Virus record (IMG/VR): IMGVR_UViG_3300035703_000006
Span: 1 to 64,000 of that record
DNA: 64,000 nt
Direction: 5' to 3' (one strand)
This document shows, piece after piece, positions 54,193 through 64,000 of the stretch. Both the position numbers and the translations under genes were made by a program. Each line of letters begins with the position of its first letter. Positions within the stretch are counted from its first letter, which is position 1. The notes below the pieces were generated by a model that ran no database searches, was not told where the DNA came from, and saw nothing but the letters and a program-made list of their open reading frames with translations.

Positions 54193-56586
54193 ATGGCGTT
54201 AAATTTAGTATCACCTGGCGTCAAAATTAGGGAAGTTGACTTAACTGTTGGTGGAATTACCGCTGGAACAAATCAGGTAGGTGCTATTGCTGGTCCTTTC
54301 CAAAAAGGTCCCGTTAATCAACCTATTTTAATTGAAAATGAAAATGATTTACTTAATGTATTCGGAAAACCAATTTCTTCAGATAGTCAATATGAATATT
54401 GGTTAAGTGCATCATCTTTCCTTTCTTATGGTGGAATTTTAAGAGTTGTAAGATGCAATGGAACAAATTTAAGTAACTCAAATTCTGGAGTTGCAGCAAC
54501 ATCAGTTTCATTAAAAATTGAATCTTTAGAAGATTATGATAATAATCATACTTCTGATACAAATTGGTATTGGGCATCAAGAAATCCAGGATCTTGGGCA
54601 AATAATTTAAAAGTATGTGTAATTGATGGTCTCGCAGACCAGAGAATCGCAATCAATACTACTGGTCTTTCTGTTGGTTACGGTATTAGTGCTTCGTACA
54701 CAAGAACTGCTGGTGGCATCGGAACAACTACTTCTGAAGCAGGAATATTGAAAGGAATCATCACACAAGTTAATTCTGGTTCAGTAGATGTTAAAGTTCT
54801 CAGCAAAAATGTTGGAGGAGTTGATAGTGAAGTTTCATATCAACAAGGTGGTACATACGAGTTTAAATCTTCAGATTCTGTAGGTATTAATTCAACTGGA
54901 ACACTTGTTAGAGTCAAATCATCAACAGTATCCGATCTTTCTGTTGTTGTTGCCACAGGATCTTCTATTGTTCTTCCTGGTCCTTCTGTTACTGGAGCAA
55001 CACCATTCGCAAGTGCAGGATATGTTTCTTCACAGGTCATAAGATCAGTTTCAGACAATGGGACATTAGTACCATTAACTTCAATTGTTGGTTTTGGAAC
55101 AACCAATGTTAATGGATTCCAACAAGATACTTTGATTCTAGCATCTGGATCACCAGTTGCCTCAGGAACCACTACAATTGGTGTGTTTAATACAACTACT
55201 TCAATATCTACACCTCTGGATTGGTATGATCAACAAACTCTTGGATTGACAAATTCAACTGTTTATTGGAAAAATATTGCACCAAAACCAGCAACCTCTC
55301 AGTATGCATCAGAAAGAAGTGCAAAAAACGATGAAGTTAACATTGTAGTAGTTGATGATACAGGAGCAGTTACTGGAGTAGTTGGAAATATTGTAGAAAA
55401 ATATTCAAAACTATCTAAAGCATCTGATGGAAAGATTTCCCCAAATCAAGGAATTTATTACAAAAACATAATTAAAGATCAATCGCAATATATTTTTGCA
55501 GGTATTGCAACAACTGGCATTAAAACTAAGTTTTCTACTTTATCTGGATATGGTGCTGCATCTGATACTACTTGGGGATTAGAAGCACAAGGAAACACAT
55601 TCAATTGTATTGGGGCACAAACCTATACATTATCTGGTGGTAAAGATTACTCTGGTATATCTAGTGTTGGTGGATATTCTGTAGGATTATCTGATGTAAT
55701 TTCTGCTTATAGAAATTATACAAACCCAGCAGAATACTCTATTGATTATTTAATTAGTGGTCCTTCTGGTGGATCTACAATTTATGAATCTCAAGCAAAA
55801 GCAAATGAATTAATTGCAATTGCAGATTTACGTAAAGATTGTATTGCTGTAATATCTCCACATAGATCTGGTGTGGTAAATGTTTCAAACTCAGAAACAC
55901 AAACTAATAATATTATTGAATTTTTTGATCCACTAACATCATCATCTTATGCTGTATTTGATAGTGGATACAAATACACTTATGATAGATTCAATAATAC
56001 ATTTAGATATATCCCCTGTAATGCTGATATTGCCGGTTTAATGGCAAGAACTGCCAATAATTCGTTCCCTTGGTACTCACCTGCCGGATCAAGTAGAGGG
56101 ACAATTAACAATGCAACTAAACTTGCTTACAATCCATCGCAAGAACAAAGAGACAGGTTATACACAAGAAGAGTAAATCCAATTATATTCTCTCAGGGAT
56201 CTGGAATTATTCTTTTTGGTGATAAAACTGCACTCTCATATGTTTCAGCATTTGATAGAATTAATGTTCGTCGTTTGTTCTTAACTATTGAAAGAGCAAT
56301 TGAAAGGGCAGCAAGAGCACAACTCTTTGAATTCAATGATTTAATTACCAGAGCAAACTTTATTAATATTGTTGAACCCTATCTCCGTGATGTAAAAGCA
56401 AAAAGAGGTATTACTGACTTTGTTGTAGTTTGCGATGAAACTAATAATACTCCAGACATTATTGACTCCAATCAGTTTAAAGCTGACATTTATGTCAAAC
56501 CAGCAAGAAGCATTAACTTCATTGGATTGACTTTTGTTGCTACTCGCACTGGGGTTAGCTTTGAAGAAATCGTCGGTACTGTTTAA
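54193..56586 (+). CDS. gp18: Tail sheath protein gp18
   Basis: LVSPGVKIREVDLT, FDSGYKYTYDRFN, PWYSPAG, FDRINVRRLF, KPARSINFIGLTFVATR. Confidence 0.95.
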   Translation: MALNLVSPGVKIREVDLTVGGITAGTNQVGAIAGPFQKGPVNQPILIENENDLLNVFGKPISSDSQYEYWLSASSFLSYGGILRVVRCNGTNLSNSNSGVAATSVSLKIESLEDYDNNHTSDTNWYWASRNPGSWANNLKVCVIDGLADQRIAINTTGLSVGYGISASYTRTAGGIGTTTSEAGILKGIITQVNSGSVDVKVLSKNVGGVDSEVSYQQGGTYEFKSSDSVGINSTGTLVRVKSSTVSDLSVVVATGSSIVLPGPSVTGATPFASAGYVSSQVIRSVSDNGTLVPLTSIVGFGTTNVNGFQQDTLILASGSPVASGTTTIGVFNTTTSISTPLDWYDQQTLGLTNSTVYWKNIAPKPATSQYASERSAKNDEVNIVVVDDTGAVTGVVGNIVEKYSKLSKASDGKISPNQGIYYKNIIKDQSQYIFAGIATTGIKTKFSTLSGYGAASDTTWGLEAQGNTFNCIGAQTYTLSGGKDYSGISSVGGYSVGLSDVISAYRNYTNPAEYSIDYLISGPSGGSTIYESQAKANELIAIADLRKDCIAVISPHRSGVVNVSNSETQTNNIIEFFDPLTSSSYAVFDSGYKYTYDRFNNTFRYIPCNADIAGLMARTANNSFPWYSPAGSSRGTINNATKLAYNPSQEQRDRLYTRRVNPIIFSQGSGIILFGDKTALSYVSAFDRINVRRLFLTIERAIERAARAQLFEFNDLITRANFINIVEPYLRDVKAKRGITDFVVVCDETNNTPDIIDSNQFKADIYVKPARSINFIGLTFVATRTGVSFEEIVGTV

Positions 56587-56605
56587 TTAAAAGAGGTAAA
56601 ACCAA

Positions 56606-57292
56606 ATGGCACTTACACAAGGCACAACAACTGGTGGACCTATTAATCCATCATTAAGAACTTTAAACGATTTTAAAAGTAGATTAACAGGTGGTGGGGC
56701 AAGACCAAATTTATTTGAATGCACAATTAATTTTCCAGAAGTGATATCCAATACAGATAAAGGATTGGGTGAATATACTAGATTTCTTGTAAAAGCAGCA
56801 AATTTGCCCGCATCAACTTTAAGTGTAATTGATATTCCATTTAGGGGAAGAAATCTCAAAATTGCCGGTGATAGAACCTTCGATCCTTGGACAATTACTG
56901 TAATTAATGATACTGATTTTAGAATCAGAAATGCGTTTGAGAAATGGATGAATTATATCAATAAACATGAAGATAATTCTGGTCAAACTGATCCTGTTAC
57001 TTATCAAACTACAATGAGAGTTGACCAATTAGGAAGAGCAAAAGTTGGATCTGATATGTCATCTAGTGAAGCAATGCCAATTCTTAAATCATATGAATTT
57101 TATGGAACTTTCCCAACTTCAGTAAGTGCAATTGATCTTTCATATGATTCATCAGATACAATTGAGGAATTTACTGTAGATCTTCAAGTTCAATGGTGGG
57201 ATGCTATTGATCCAAAATCTAATAAGAGTATTCTTGGTTCTAATGCCACAGAACAATTTAATTCAACCTCAATAAGCACAGGCACTTTCTAA
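56606..57292 (+). CDS. gp19: Tail tube protein gp19
   Basis: GGGARPNLFE, KAANLPAST, GDRTFDPWTITVIND, IEEFTVDLQVQWW. Confidence 0.95.
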   Translation: MALTQGTTTGGPINPSLRTLNDFKSRLTGGGARPNLFECTINFPEVISNTDKGLGEYTRFLVKAANLPASTLSVIDIPFRGRNLKIAGDRTFDPWTITVINDTDFRIRNAFEKWMNYINKHEDNSGQTDPVTYQTTMRVDQLGRAKVGSDMSSSEAMPILKSYEFYGTFPTSVSAIDLSYDSSDTIEEFTVDLQVQWWDAIDPKSNKSILGSNATEQFNSTSISTGTF

Positions 57293-57327
57293 TAGGTCTA
57301 AATAGAATATAAGACTTAATCATTACT

Positions 57328-58998
57328 ATGGCAAAATTATTTGGATTTAAAATAAAAGATACGGGGGACAATAATTCCAAAGGGATTATGTCTCCCATTC
57401 CTCGTAATGAGGAAGATAAATCTGACTTTTATATCTCTAGTGGTTTTTATGGACAATATGTAGATATTGAAGGTGTTTATAAAACTGAGGCAGATTTAAT
57501 CAGAAGATATCGTGAGATGTCTTTGCATCCAGAGTGCGATAGTGCGATTGAAGATATCGTAAATGAAGCAATAGTATCTGACCTAAATGATTCTCCAGTA
57601 GAAATAGAACTTTCAAATCTTCCAGCATCTGATAAATTGAAAGATATTATCAGAGAAGAATTTAAGTATATTAAAGAGATTATGGACTTTGATAAAAAGT
57701 GCCATGAAATCTTTAGAAATTGGTATATTGATGGAAGAATTTATTACCATAAAGTAATTGATTTGAAAAAACCAAATGAAGGTATTAAAGAAATTAGATA
57801 CATTGATGCTCTCAAAATTAAATATGTAAGAAAATTAAAAAGAGATAATAAAGATGCTTTTGGGACAGAATATCGTCAAATTGTAAACGGTAAAAATAAA
57901 ATTGATTTTTCAAATCAAGAATTAGAAGAATATTATCTTTATGATCCAAATGTGGGTTCTTCGCAAAATGCAACTTACAAAACATCAGATGTTAATAGTG
58001 TAAAAATTGCAAAAGATTCGATTGTTTATGTAACTTCTGGATTAGTTGATCGTAATAAACAAACTGTACTTTCATTTTTACACAAAGCAATTAAATCTCT
58101 CAATCAATTGAGAATGATTGAGGATAGTCTTGTCATTTATAGATTATCTCGTGCCCCAGAGAGAAGAATTTTTTACATTGATGTAGGAAATCTTCCTAAA
58201 GTCAAAGCAGAGCAATATTTGCGTGACGTAATGAATCGTTACAGAAATAAACTTGTATATGATGCCAACACTGGAGAAATTCGTGATGATCGCAAATATA
58301 TGGCAATGCTTGAAGATTTTTGGCTACCACGTAGAGAAGGTGGTCGTGGTACAGAGATTACAACTCTTCCTGGTGGTCAAAATCTTGGTGAACTTGCTGA
58401 CATTGAATATTTTCAGAAAAAACTTTATGATTCTTTAGGTGTTCCTCCTACCCGTCTTGATGCCGGTGGTGGATTTAATCTCGGACGTTCATCAGAAATT
58501 CTTAGAGATGAACTTAAATTCACAAGATTTGTAGGGAGATTGAGAAAAAGATTTTCTCAAATCTTTATTGATATGTTAAGAACTCAATTGATTCTTAAAA
58601 ATATCGTTACACCAGAAGACTGGAAAACATTAAGTGACCATATTCAATTTGATTATGTTTATGATAATCATTTTTCTGATCTGAAGAAAAATGAATTAAT
58701 GAATGATAAATTAGGTGTAGTTGCTGCAATGGATCCATATGTTGGTCGTTATTTTTCATCTCAATATGTAAGAACAAGAATACTTGGACAATCTGATAGT
58801 GAAATCATAGAAATCGATAAGCAAATTAAAAAAGAAATTAAAGAAGGAATTATTCCAGACCCAGCACTAGCAATGAACCCTATGGCAGGAATGCCTCCAG
58901 ATCAACAATCTCAAAATAACATGGGAAACATTCCACAAGAGGGTGGATTAACTGATGCTCAAACTGGAGTTGAATTAGGCAGTCAGGGAGAGATATAA
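57328..58998 (+). CDS. gp20: Portal protein gp20
   Basis: LRMIEDSLVIYRLSRAPERRIFYIDVGNLP, EDFWLPRREGGRGTEITTLPGGQNLG. Confidence 0.97.
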   Translation: MAKLFGFKIKDTGDNNSKGIMSPIPRNEEDKSDFYISSGFYGQYVDIEGVYKTEADLIRRYREMSLHPECDSAIEDIVNEAIVSDLNDSPVEIELSNLPASDKLKDIIREEFKYIKEIMDFDKKCHEIFRNWYIDGRIYYHKVIDLKKPNEGIKEIRYIDALKIKYVRKLKRDNKDAFGTEYRQIVNGKNKIDFSNQELEEYYLYDPNVGSSQNATYKTSDVNSVKIAKDSIVYVTSGLVDRNKQTVLSFLHKAIKSLNQLRMIEDSLVIYRLSRAPERRIFYIDVGNLPKVKAEQYLRDVMNRYRNKLVYDANTGEIRDDRKYMAMLEDFWLPRREGGRGTEITTLPGGQNLGELADIEYFQKKLYDSLGVPPTRLDAGGGFNLGRSSEILRDELKFTRFVGRLRKRFSQIFIDMLRTQLILKNIVTPEDWKTLSDHIQFDYVYDNHFSDLKKNELMNDKLGVVAAMDPYVGRYFSSQYVRTRILGQSDSEIIEIDKQIKKEIKEGIIPDPALAMNPMAGMPPDQQSQNNMGNIPQEGGLTDAQTGVELGSQGEI

Positions 58999-59001
58999 AT
59001 A
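58994..59001 (+). promoter_or_regulatory. T4-type late promoter
   Basis: TATAAATA at the gp20 stop. Confidence 0.7.
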
Positions 59002-59024
59002 AAAATAGTTAATTTTGAATAATT

Positions 59025-59180
59025 ATGGAAGAATTAGTAGATATGATTGCTGGAGATTCAGCACCATCAGATATTTCAGATAAAATTAAAGAGGTATTAT
59101 TTGCAAAAGCTTCAGAAAAAATTAATTCTGTAAGACCTGATATTGCAGCATCAATGTTTGATTTGGAAGATGAGGAATGA
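59025..59180 (+). CDS. Small conserved hypothetical protein (51 aa)
   Basis: Hand-translated MEELVDMIAGDSAPSDISDKIKEVLFAKASEKINSVRP... Confidence 0.7.
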   Translation: MEELVDMIAGDSAPSDISDKIKEVLFAKASEKINSVRPDIAASMFDLEDEE

Positions 59181-59183
59181 TAA

Positions 59184-59999
59184 GTGAATTTTGAAGATAA
59201 TTCAAAAGATTTATCTGATTTTTTCAGTACAATTAGTGTAGGAAAACAAAAAAGAAAAAAGCAATTAGAAGAATCTGTAGGGGATTCAGTAGATTGTTTT
59301 TTTCAGACCATTAGTATTGGCAAAAAAATAGAACAAGAAAAAAAGGAATCTTTAGTTGGAGATTCCTTTGAAACTCTTTTTTTATCAAAACTCAAAGAAG
59401 ATAAAAAACCAACAAAAAAGAAAAAACAAAAGCAAATTTCAGAAGAAAACTTTTCAATTGAAAATCCAATTAAAGAAATTCAAATTAAGGAAACAATAAA
59501 AAGTACACAAACATTAGATTTAAGTTTAGTTGAAGGTTTACTTAGAGAACCACCATCAGTTAAAAATTCTGATCCCCTTACTCCATTAAATCAAACTGGT
59601 TTAGGAATAGAAAGATTGGAGAAAAAATTTAATCTTTTTGTAAATAGAGTTCAAGAACAACTCTCCACTTTAGGTGGGGGTGGAGAAACAAATTTAACTT
59701 ATATGGATGTTCCAATAACATCCGTTATTACATCTTCTTATGCAATAAAACTACAAGATTATTATATTGGAGTGAATTATGCAGGTGCAGTTACTATTAC
59801 ATTACCAAAAGCAGATAGAGAAGGAAAAATATTTGTTATTAAAGATGAACTTGGAGAAGCATCAAAAGGATCAAATAGATATATCACAATTATTCCATCA
59901 GGAATAGACTTAATTGATGGTAGAGATAGAGCAATTCTTGCATTTGATTATGGCAGTTTAACATTTATATGGAAAGATAATTCCTGGAGGGTAATCTAA
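59184..59999 (+). CDS. Hypothetical protein with a C-terminal DYYIGV...VTITLP domain
   Basis: GTG start; charged N-terminus, beta-rich C-terminus. Confidence 0.65.
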   Translation: MNFEDNSKDLSDFFSTISVGKQKRKKQLEESVGDSVDCFFQTISIGKKIEQEKKESLVGDSFETLFLSKLKEDKKPTKKKKQKQISEENFSIENPIKEIQIKETIKSTQTLDLSLVEGLLREPPSVKNSDPLTPLNQTGLGIERLEKKFNLFVNRVQEQLSTLGGGGETNLTYMDVPITSVITSSYAIKLQDYYIGVNYAGAVTITLPKADREGKIFVIKDELGEASKGSNRYITIIPSGIDLIDGRDRAILAFDYGSLTFIWKDNSWRVI

Positions 60000-61255
60000 T
60001 GTCTCATCTATATGATCCTTTTAAACCAGAAGCAGATGCTTTTGGTAGATTAAGAACATCCGATCCATTTACTCTTGGTGATTATAAGCACATATATTCC
60101 ATTGATCCAGATTTTGTAGATGTTATATCTGGAGTAGGTGCAACAATTACATTTAATTCAAATCAAGCTGCAGCAATTCTTCAATCTGGAACTGGTAGCA
60201 CAGGTTTTGCTATTCACCAGACAAAGAGATACCATCATTATATGCCAGGTAAATCTCAATTAATATTTTCAACTTTCAATTTTGGCAGTGCTCAGCAAAA
60301 TGTCACCAAAAGAACCGGATATTTTGATGACAGGGATGGAATTTATTTTGAACAAGCACCTAATGGAACTTTAAGTTTTGTAATTAGGTCTTATGTTACT
60401 GCTGGAATTGGATCAACAGAAAGAAGAATTCCTCAATCTGAGTGGAACAAAGACAAACTTGACGGAACTGGAGTATCTGGATATACCTTAGATATTACTA
60501 AAACTCAATTATTTTTTACAGATTTTGAATGGTTAGGAGTTGGTAGAGTTAGGTGTGGATTTAGTTTAGATGGTAAAAATATTGTAGCGCACGAGTTTTA
60601 TAACTCAAATACTCTTCCTACTGTCTATATGTCAAATCCCAATCTTCCAGTAAGATGTGAGGTTAGAAATAATGGAACTCAGGTAGGTGTTGGTGGATCA
60701 TTTATACAAATTTGTTCTACAGTAATGAGTGAAGGTGGATATTCTGAAGCAGGTAGAGAATTTTCTCACACAACTTCCTTGAGATCAGTTGGTGTTGGCA
60801 GCACTGTTCCCATCTTAGCAATTAGATTAAAAAATTTATTCAAAGGTTATCCAAATAGAGCAACAGTAAAATTAGAAGATATTTCAGTTTTTAGCGCTGG
60901 ATCTAATATAAAATATGAAGTTGTAAAATTTAGAAGTTCTGTTGGAATTAATACATCTGGAACTTGGGTTTCCGAGAACACCGAATCCGTTGTCGAATAT
61001 AACGAGTCATCGACCGGAATAAGCACTACATATTTTGAAGATTTTATGGGAGGTTACGCTGCTGGAGATAGTCAAAATACAAATAAACCTTCAGCAACAA
61101 CAGCACAAGTTACTACAGGACCAACATCAAAGAAAAACTTTTTATCACAAAATTATTATTCGACAGACTCTGAAATATTTTCAGTAAGGGTTACCAACAT
61201 TGGAGCAGATCCAACCAATGTTGGAGTATCTTTAAGATGGAAGGAAATTTATTAA
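59999..61255 (+). CDS. Hypothetical beta-rich (putative virion) protein
   Basis: DAFGRLRTSDPFTLGDYK, DFEWLGVGRVRCGF; TAATG coupling. Confidence 0.75.
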   Translation: MSHLYDPFKPEADAFGRLRTSDPFTLGDYKHIYSIDPDFVDVISGVGATITFNSNQAAAILQSGTGSTGFAIHQTKRYHHYMPGKSQLIFSTFNFGSAQQNVTKRTGYFDDRDGIYFEQAPNGTLSFVIRSYVTAGIGSTERRIPQSEWNKDKLDGTGVSGYTLDITKTQLFFTDFEWLGVGRVRCGFSLDGKNIVAHEFYNSNTLPTVYMSNPNLPVRCEVRNNGTQVGVGGSFIQICSTVMSEGGYSEAGREFSHTTSLRSVGVGSTVPILAIRLKNLFKGYPNRATVKLEDISVFSAGSNIKYEVVKFRSSVGINTSGTWVSENTESVVEYNESSTGISTTYFEDFMGGYAAGDSQNTNKPSATTAQVTTGPTSKKNFLSQNYYSTDSEIFSVRVTNIGADPTNVGVSLRWKEIY

Positions 61256-61257
61256 AT

Positions 61258-61265
61258 AATAAATA
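61258..61265 (+). promoter_or_regulatory. Late promoter variant (AATAAATA)
   Basis: Just before 61290. Confidence 0.5.
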
Positions 61266-61289
61266 AGTTATATAACAACAACATTTAAA

Positions 61290-61826
61290 ATGTCCGCATA
61301 TAAGATTGTTCAAAAAATTAGTGATTTGTCCACTGGAATTAGTACCAGTGGACCAATTGCTTTGAAGTCTGGTTATTTGAGAATTGTTCCAGAAACTGAT
61401 GCATATATTGAAGTTGATTCAAATCCTGGTGTAAGTACTTCAAATAGTATTTGGGCAAAAGCAGGAACAGAATTAATTCTTAAAGAAACTGTTATTTCTC
61501 AAAGAGTTGTTGGTGTTGATACTGGTGCTACAACCACCATATATCTCCCAGAAGGAACATTCTCTTCATTTTCTGTGGGTGACTATGTTGAATTGACTGG
61601 AATTTCTCCAGCAGGAATTAACACCACTTTTGCATCAATTGCAACTATTGATGCTACTGGTGGAGTTAATGGTGGTTTTTCAAGAAAACTTACATTGAAT
61701 TGGAACACATCTTCTGGTCTATCTGCTCCAACAGATACTGAAGGTGAATTAAGAAAAGTAGTAAAAATTGCTGCTTCATCAACAGGAAAAGTTCACATTA
61801 CAGAAATTCAAATCGCAGGTGGTTAA
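61290..61826 (+). CDS. Putative virion protein
   Basis: 178-aa ORF upstream of gp21; ends VHITEIQIAGG. Confidence 0.7.
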   Translation: MSAYKIVQKISDLSTGISTSGPIALKSGYLRIVPETDAYIEVDSNPGVSTSNSIWAKAGTELILKETVISQRVVGVDTGATTTIYLPEGTFSSFSVGDYVELTGISPAGINTTFASIATIDATGGVNGGFSRKLTLNWNTSSGLSAPTDTEGELRKVVKIAASSTGKVHITEIQIAGG

Positions 61827-61830
61827 TTCA

Positions 61831-62481
61831 ATGAAACTTATCACAGAAGAAATCGAAAAGGTAAAAGTTATTACCGAAGAAAAAAATGGTGTCAAATCAC
61901 TTTTTATTGAAGGTATTTTTCTTCAAGCAAATAGACCAAATAGAAATAAAAGACTCTATGAAATGAGAACTCTCGAAAGAGAAGTTAAAAGGTACAATGA
62001 GAATTTTATTCAAAAAGGTCGTGCTCTTGGTGAGCTTGGTCACCCAGATGGGCCAACTTTAAATCTTGATAGAGTTTCTCATAAAATCACTATGCTTGAA
62101 AAAAATGGTGATAATTTTATAGGAAAAGCAAAAATTCTTGACACTCCAATGGGAAAAATTGCATCTTCACTTCTTGGAGAAGGTGTAATGCTTGGTGTTT
62201 CTTCTCGTGGTGTTGGTTCTCTAATTCCAACTAATGAAGGATATTCTTTAGTTGGCGAAGATTTTATGCTTGCCACTGCAGCAGATATTGTTGCAGATCC
62301 CTCTGCCCCTGACGCATTTGTAAATGGAATTATGGAAGGAAAGGAGTGGATTTATGATTCAAATAAAAAATCTTGGGTTGCAGAATCAATTAAAAATATT
62401 ATTGAAAAAGATGTAAGGCAAAGACAATTGACTGAACAGAGAAGGTTGCAACATTTTGAAAAGTTTTTAGGTATGCTGTAA
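61831..62481 (+). CDS. gp21: Prohead protease gp21
   Basis: LFIEGIFLQA, RALGELGHPDGP, GVSSRGVGSL, DIVADPSAPDAFV. Confidence 0.95.
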   Translation: MKLITEEIEKVKVITEEKNGVKSLFIEGIFLQANRPNRNKRLYEMRTLEREVKRYNENFIQKGRALGELGHPDGPTLNLDRVSHKITMLEKNGDNFIGKAKILDTPMGKIASSLLGEGVMLGVSSRGVGSLIPTNEGYSLVGEDFMLATAADIVADPSAPDAFVNGIMEGKEWIYDSNKKSWVAESIKNIIEKDVRQRQLTEQRRLQHFEKFLGML

Positions 62482-62505
62482 TTTTATAGTATTAAAATTC
62501 TAAAT

Positions 62506-62513
62506 TATAAATA
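62506..62513 (+). promoter_or_regulatory. T4-type late promoter
   Basis: TATAAATA upstream of gp22. Confidence 0.75.
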
Positions 62514-62552
62514 AATATAGATTTAAGACATTAGTTAAATCGGAGAGTTCAA

Positions 62553-63779
62553 ATGTCCCGTGGTAAAAACTTACAAGAAATGGAATCAGACACAAAACAA
62601 TCTAAAACTGCTGTAAATGCCGGTGCAAAGGCAGCAGAACCAATGCCAAAGTTAACCACAGGAATTCCTGATGGACAAACCGGCAGTTGGGAAGATCTTG
62701 GTGGACCAACACCAGAGAATTATCGTTCCGATGACGATTCATCAAAATTAAAAGATCCTTCTACAACTCTAAAGCAAGTAAAAGATGTTGTAACCAAAGG
62801 TGCCAAGGCAGCTGAAGGCATGAAGAAAATGGCTTCACCAGTCAAAGAATCTTCAGAGGAAGATGAAGATGAAGAATTAGTTGAAGATGAATATGAGACA
62901 GAAGAAGGTGAAGAAGAACTAGAAGAAGCCCATAAAAAAGAATCTAAAAAGGGCGAAGAAGAAAACGAAGACGAAGAAGAAGACGAAGAAGAAGATGATG
63001 AGGAGGAGGAGGATGAAAAAGAAAAAGCAATGAAAGAAGCTTTTGCAGAAATTGAAGAAGAAATTGAAGAAGATGTTTCTGCACTTCTTTCCGGTGAAGA
63101 TCTTTCTGAAGATTTTAAAGTAAAAGCAAAAACTGTTTTTGAAGCAGCATTGAATGCTAGAACTCAGCAGATCGAAGAAGCAATTCAATATCACTATGAG
63201 CAAAGACTCGTAGAGGAAATTGAATTAGTCAAAGAAGAATTGACAGATAGACTTGATTCCTATCTTGAATATGTTTCAGATGAATGGATTCAAGAAAATG
63301 CTCTTGCTATTGAGCAAGGCATTAAAACTGAAATGACTGAGAGTTTTCTCTCAGGAATGAAAAATCTTTTTGAAGAACATTATGTATCAATCCCTGAAGA
63401 AAAATATAATGTAATTGAGAGTATGGTAGATAAACTTGATGAAATGGAGACTAAACTCAACGAGCAAATCGAAAGAAATGTTGCTCTAAATAAGAGATTA
63501 GCAGAATCAGTTACTGATGTAATTTTTGCTGATGTCACTGAGGGTCTTGCTCTTTCTCAGAAAGACAAACTCGCTTCTCTTGCCGAAAATGTTGAGTTTG
63601 ATAGTGAAGAAGACTATCGTGAGAAACTAGTAACTCTCAGGGAATCTTATTTCCCAAGATATGCTGGTACTCAACTAGATAACTCAGATTATATCGCAGA
63701 AGGTATGGAGTATCATCAAGAGGTTTCAGGGTCAATGGCCCATTATCTTGATGCACTTGGAAGAGTTTCTAAGAAGTGA
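62553..63779 (+). CDS. gp22: Prohead core scaffolding protein gp22
   Basis: EDFKVKAKTVFEAAL, DSYLEYVSDEWIQENALAIE, KLVTLRESYF; acidic N-terminal tract. Confidence 0.92.
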   Translation: MSRGKNLQEMESDTKQSKTAVNAGAKAAEPMPKLTTGIPDGQTGSWEDLGGPTPENYRSDDDSSKLKDPSTTLKQVKDVVTKGAKAAEGMKKMASPVKESSEEDEDEELVEDEYETEEGEEELEEAHKKESKKGEEENEDEEEDEEEDDEEEEDEKEKAMKEAFAEIEEEIEEDVSALLSGEDLSEDFKVKAKTVFEAALNARTQQIEEAIQYHYEQRLVEEIELVKEELTDRLDSYLEYVSDEWIQENALAIEQGIKTEMTESFLSGMKNLFEEHYVSIPEEKYNVIESMVDKLDEMETKLNEQIERNVALNKRLAESVTDVIFADVTEGLALSQKDKLASLAENVEFDSEEDYREKLVTLRESYFPRYAGTQLDNSDYIAEGMEYHQEVSGSMAHYLDALGRVSKK

Positions 63780-63828
63780 TTTTTAAATTATAAACAATCA
63801 AACTAAAACTTTTAAAGAGGTAAAAAAA

Positions 63829-64000
63829 ATGCAAATGTTCAACGCAGAGCATCTGCAGGAGAAGTGGTCACCACTCCTTGATTATCAGGGTCTAGACCCA
63901 ATCAAAGATTCACATCGCAGAATGGTAACTGCAGTTCTCCTGGAGAATCAAGAAAAATTCCTTCGTGAAGAAAGATCATTTCTTTACGAAACTGGTGCTC
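63829..64000 (+). CDS. gp23: Major capsid protein gp23 (5' end, truncated by the window)
   Basis: AAGAGG RBS; MQMFNAEHLQEKWSPLLD...VTAVLLENQEKFLREE; follows gp22. Confidence 0.92.
   Translation, partial: MQMFNAEHLQEKWSPLLDYQGLDPIKDSHRRMVTAVLLENQEKFLREERSFLYETGA

Noticed and set aside
52233-58998. Introns, inteins or homing endonucleases in gp17, gp18 or gp20
   Set aside because: ORFs are uninterrupted and of expected size; no LAGLIDADG, HNH, GIY-YIG or intein motifs seen
62860-63075. GAA-rich low-complexity tract
   Set aside because: Encodes the acidic linker of the gp22 scaffold; ordinary
19412-63203. 60-116 aa minus-strand or alternate-frame ORFs nested in structural genes
   Set aside because: Fully nested in conserved virion genes; expected by chance from codon bias
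1-64000. tRNA, rRNA and photosynthesis genes (psbA, hli)
   Set aside because: No cloverleaf or recognisable sequence seen by eye; a tRNAscan-SE run would be needed to exclude tRNAs formally

Overview
The window is a fragment of a T4-like myovirus genome, most likely a cyanomyovirus (Kyanoviridae-like); the host is inferred from gene content only. Almost all credible genes are on the + strand, in three blocks. (1) 1-10.4 kb is a more GC-rich early/accessory region of about 35 small ORFs, including an SF2 DEAH helicase, an ArdA-like DNA mimic, DUF2786-like and DUF6011-like proteins. It is driven by eight copies of a promoter cassette: [TGAGTC-N11-]TGTGCCA-N10-TGGCACA, then an extended -10 box starting 52-54 nt after the start of TGTGCCA, with no -35. 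(2) 10.39-11.73 kb is a nearly non-coding control region. It holds a leftward promoter firing into a purine-rich then very AT-rich tract, a divergent promoter, several hairpins, a 54-aa ribbon-helix-helix-like ORF whose TATAAATA late promoter sits between two palindromic operator-like sites, a strand-biased TTCGT iteron-like array and a 120-bp tandem repeat. This is a candidate replication origin and early/late switch. (3) 11.7-64 kb is AT-rich: a GT-like gene, a SET-domain gene, SpeD, then the virion module (gp25, gp6, gp7, fibre genes, an S8 protease, gp8, gp13-gp22 and the start of gp23), with an NblA-like ORF before gp17. I saw no tRNA, rRNA, CRISPR array, intron or integrase. All family assignments come from motif recognition by eye; no database was searched.
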